Below, piece by piece: positions 15,258 to 16,860 of a stretch of DNA of 16,860 nucleotides; within the stretch, counting starts at the first letter, position 1; each line of letters begins with the position of its first letter. Source of the stretch: Deltaproteobacteria bacterium (GTDB taxonomy: Bacteria > Myxococcota_A > Polyangia > Polyangiales > Houyiibacteriaceae); assembly GCA_034670305.1 (NCBI GenBank), contig JAXMNT010000089.1, forward strand, positions 1 to 16,860, read 5' to 3'. The position numbers and the translations under genes are program-made. The notes under the pieces were generated by a model, which was given only the letters and a program-made list of their open reading frames with translations, had not been told where the DNA came from and ran no database searches.

Positions 15258-15336
15258 CAGCACATCTTGGAGAGCATCGAGACCACCCGAACGAGGAGCT
15301 GCCCTCGCGGTGAGTCTGCTCGCCCCCAAGAAATAT

Positions 15337-15408
15337 TCTGGAGTAGCTCAGTGGCAGAGCACCGGCTTGTTAAGTCGACGTGGGTGGGTTCGATTCCCTC
15401 CTCCAGAG
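15337..15408 (+). tRNA. tRNA-Asn(GTT)
   Basis: TCTGGAG/CTCCAGA+G73; TAGCTCAGTGGCAGAGC D arm; loop TTGTTAA; T loop TTCGATT. Confidence 0.9.
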
Positions 15409-15462
15409 CCGCCAAAGATCTCGTGGCCTTGCGAGTGTCTGCGCTCTGCGTACCGTGGGCGT

Positions 15463-15915
15463 ATGCAACCATCGTCGTTCGACTCGTTGCCTGGTATCGC
15501 GGCCATCGGCTACGGGGGCGCAAACCTAGTCCTGCGTGTCCGCGACGCGCGCGGGCGCTGGCTTCGCGTTCACGAAGACGGGGCGCTCGAGATCGCACGC
15601 GGCGACGCGCGGACGGAGCGCGAACGCGTCGACGCAGGTGCGCTGTCGGGACCCGCTCCTCTTGCACTCATCGACTCTCTGCATCGCGACCTCGTCTCGC
15701 ACCCGCTCACGAAGCCGTCTCCATGGCCGCGCTTCTACCCCTTGCAGGTCTTCCGCTGGCGCGAACATCCTTCTGACGACGCGGAGCTCGTCGAGGGATA
15801 CATTGGAATCGAGTCCGAGATGGGTTGCATCGTCGACGTGTTCGGTGTGCGTGGTCGGCAAGGGCGCGAGATCGTCGGGGCGCTCAATGAGCTCCTCTCC
15901 GCCATGCCACGCTGA
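15463..15915 (+). CDS. Hypothetical protein, 150 aa
   Basis: High GC at third codon positions; ATG lies 6 nt after a TTGCGA-16nt-TACCGT promoter-like site. The track start at 15310 overlaps tRNA-Asn. No family recognised. Confidence 0.65.
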   Translation: MQPSSFDSLPGIAAIGYGGANLVLRVRDARGRWLRVHEDGALEIARGDARTERERVDAGALSGPAPLALIDSLHRDLVSHPLTKPSPWPRFYPLQVFRWREHPSDDAELVEGYIGIESEMGCIVDVFGVRGRQGREIVGALNELLSAMPR

Positions 15916-16042
15916 CCCGCGCGCTGCGCTTGGATCTGCACAGGGCGCGACTTGGACCCAGGGGAGAAGGCGTGCTTGCACGCCGAGGGGGACTCCAGCT
16001 CCCTCGCCAGCGCCAAACGCGCGATGCCCTTGCCCTTAAGGT

Positions 16043-16168
16043 GCGGTTCTGCGGCTCTGCGGTCCTGCGGTCCTGGGGCAAGGGCACGGGCAAGGGTCCG
16101 TAAGGGCAAGGGTCCGTAAGGGCACGGGCAAGGGTCCGTAAGGGCAAGGGCAAGGGTCCGTAAGGGGA
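16043..16168. repeat. Short tandem repeats (GCGGTCCT-like x4, then an AGGGCA / AGGGTCCGTA mosaic)
   Basis: Directly visible 8-, 6- and 10-nt periodicity. Confidence 0.9.
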
Positions 16169-16204
16169 CGCGAAGCGAGCCAGGCCCGTGCCCCCAAGGA
16201 ATAG

Positions 16205-16297
16205 GGAAGGTGACCCGGTCACTGGTGTCCGGAGCCGCCTCGAAAGCGGTGTGCGCCCAGAAATGGGTGTGGGGTTCGATTCCTCTGCCTTCCTCCA
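16205..16297 (+). tRNA. tRNA-Ser(CGA), probable (8/4) fold
   Basis: GGAAGGTG/TGCCTTCC+T+CCA; GCCGC-CTCGAAA-GCGGT; variable arm GCGCCCA-GAAA-TGGGTGT; T stem GGGG/CCTC. Confidence 0.9.
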
Positions 16298-16322
16298 ACG
16301 CGGGTCCCGTCGTGGCCCGCAT

Positions 16323-16494
16323 CGTGGCGCCGGCGGGCGCACGGTTCGATACCAGAGACGGGCTAGCGACCTGTCTCGGTGGCGGTGTCTTGCACGGTCG
16401 CGTGGTCGACCGCCGGGGGCTTGGCCCCTTCGGTGGAATCCACCCGCGCCGGTTGCACACAGCGCCACCCGAACCGAACCCGCCGGCCGCCACG
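16323..16494 (+). ncRNA. Unassigned ~170-nt three-way-junction structured RNA candidate
   Basis: 5' and 3' ends pair over 22 bp in three segments and enclose two further long hairpins. Confidence 0.4.
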
Positions 16495-16500
16495 TCACGG

Positions 16501-16860
16501 AGTCTCGCGAAGCGAGCCAGGCCCGAACAGCGCCTGCGAGTCAGGCATCTCCGCGTGTGCACCTGCGCAGGCCGCAGGCCGAGCAACTGGTGCACTCCCA
16601 AATGGAACACCGAGCGCCCAAGAGGAGCGCCTGGACGCGCGCAGCCGCCAGTCGTTTCAAGTGCTTCTTCAGTACCCCAGTTGATCGGGCGGCGAGCACG
16701 TGCAGGTGCTCCGGGGCGCGACTTAGGGCCGCCAGTCTCGCGAAGCGAGCCAGGCCCGAACAGCGCCTGCGAGTCAGGCATCTCCGCGTGTGCACCTGCG
16801 CAGGCCGCAGGCCGAGCAACTGGTGCACTCCCAAATGGAACACCGAGCGCCCAAGAGGAG
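16501..16860 (-). repeat. Dispersed repeat in head-to-tail tandem (233-bp period), runs off window end
   Basis: 16734-16860 is identical to 16501-16627; homologous to 14668-14933. Confidence 0.95.

Noticed and set aside
14584-16297. tRNA-Sec or stop-suppressor tRNA
   Set aside because: Despite Sec-like D arms, the anticodons are GGA, GCT and CGA and the acceptor branch is 12 bp. I found no TCA, CTA or TTA anticodon in the window.
11297-16860. CRISPR array interpretation of the ~30-bp repeats
   Set aside because: The intervening sequences are ~200 bp and homologous to each other, orientations are mixed, and no cas genes are present.
9350-16860. Prophage or integrative element origin of the array
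   Set aside because: No integrase, phage gene or 3'-tRNA att duplication is visible in the window. It cannot be excluded beyond the right edge.

Overview
High-GC bacterial DNA, most likely from a myxobacterium. The assignment to Polyangiales is inferred from an S12 insertion and a eukaryotic-like Ser/Thr kinase plus TPR-protein cluster. The left half (1-9350) is ordinary chromosome: the str operon (rpsL-rpsG-fusA-tuf, minus strand), a TPR-like membrane protein, a Ser/Thr kinase, a lipoprotein and a PabB/TrpE-family gene. The right half (9350-16860) is a plus-strand tRNA array that the ORF track misses entirely. I can fold 27 tRNA genes covering 18 amino acids (no Lys or Trp inside the window). 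Many are non-canonical: three (8/4)-fold tRNA-Ser, extended Sec-like D-stems, purine at position 8, unusual positions 32/37 and a tRNA-Arg(GCG). The array is preceded by a sigma70-like promoter and a candidate ribosome-dependent attenuator, made of a 42-codon codon-diverse leader ORF plus mutually exclusive anti-antiterminator, antiterminator and terminator helices. Embedded in the array are a ~195-nt RNA resembling the raiA motif ncRNA, other large structured spacers, an HNH endonuclease gene, an orphan CDS and several copies of a ~260-bp repeat with terminal direct repeats. Best candidate new system: a translation-stress-inducible back-up tRNA/ncRNA operon. All RNA folds were done by eye and need computational confirmation.
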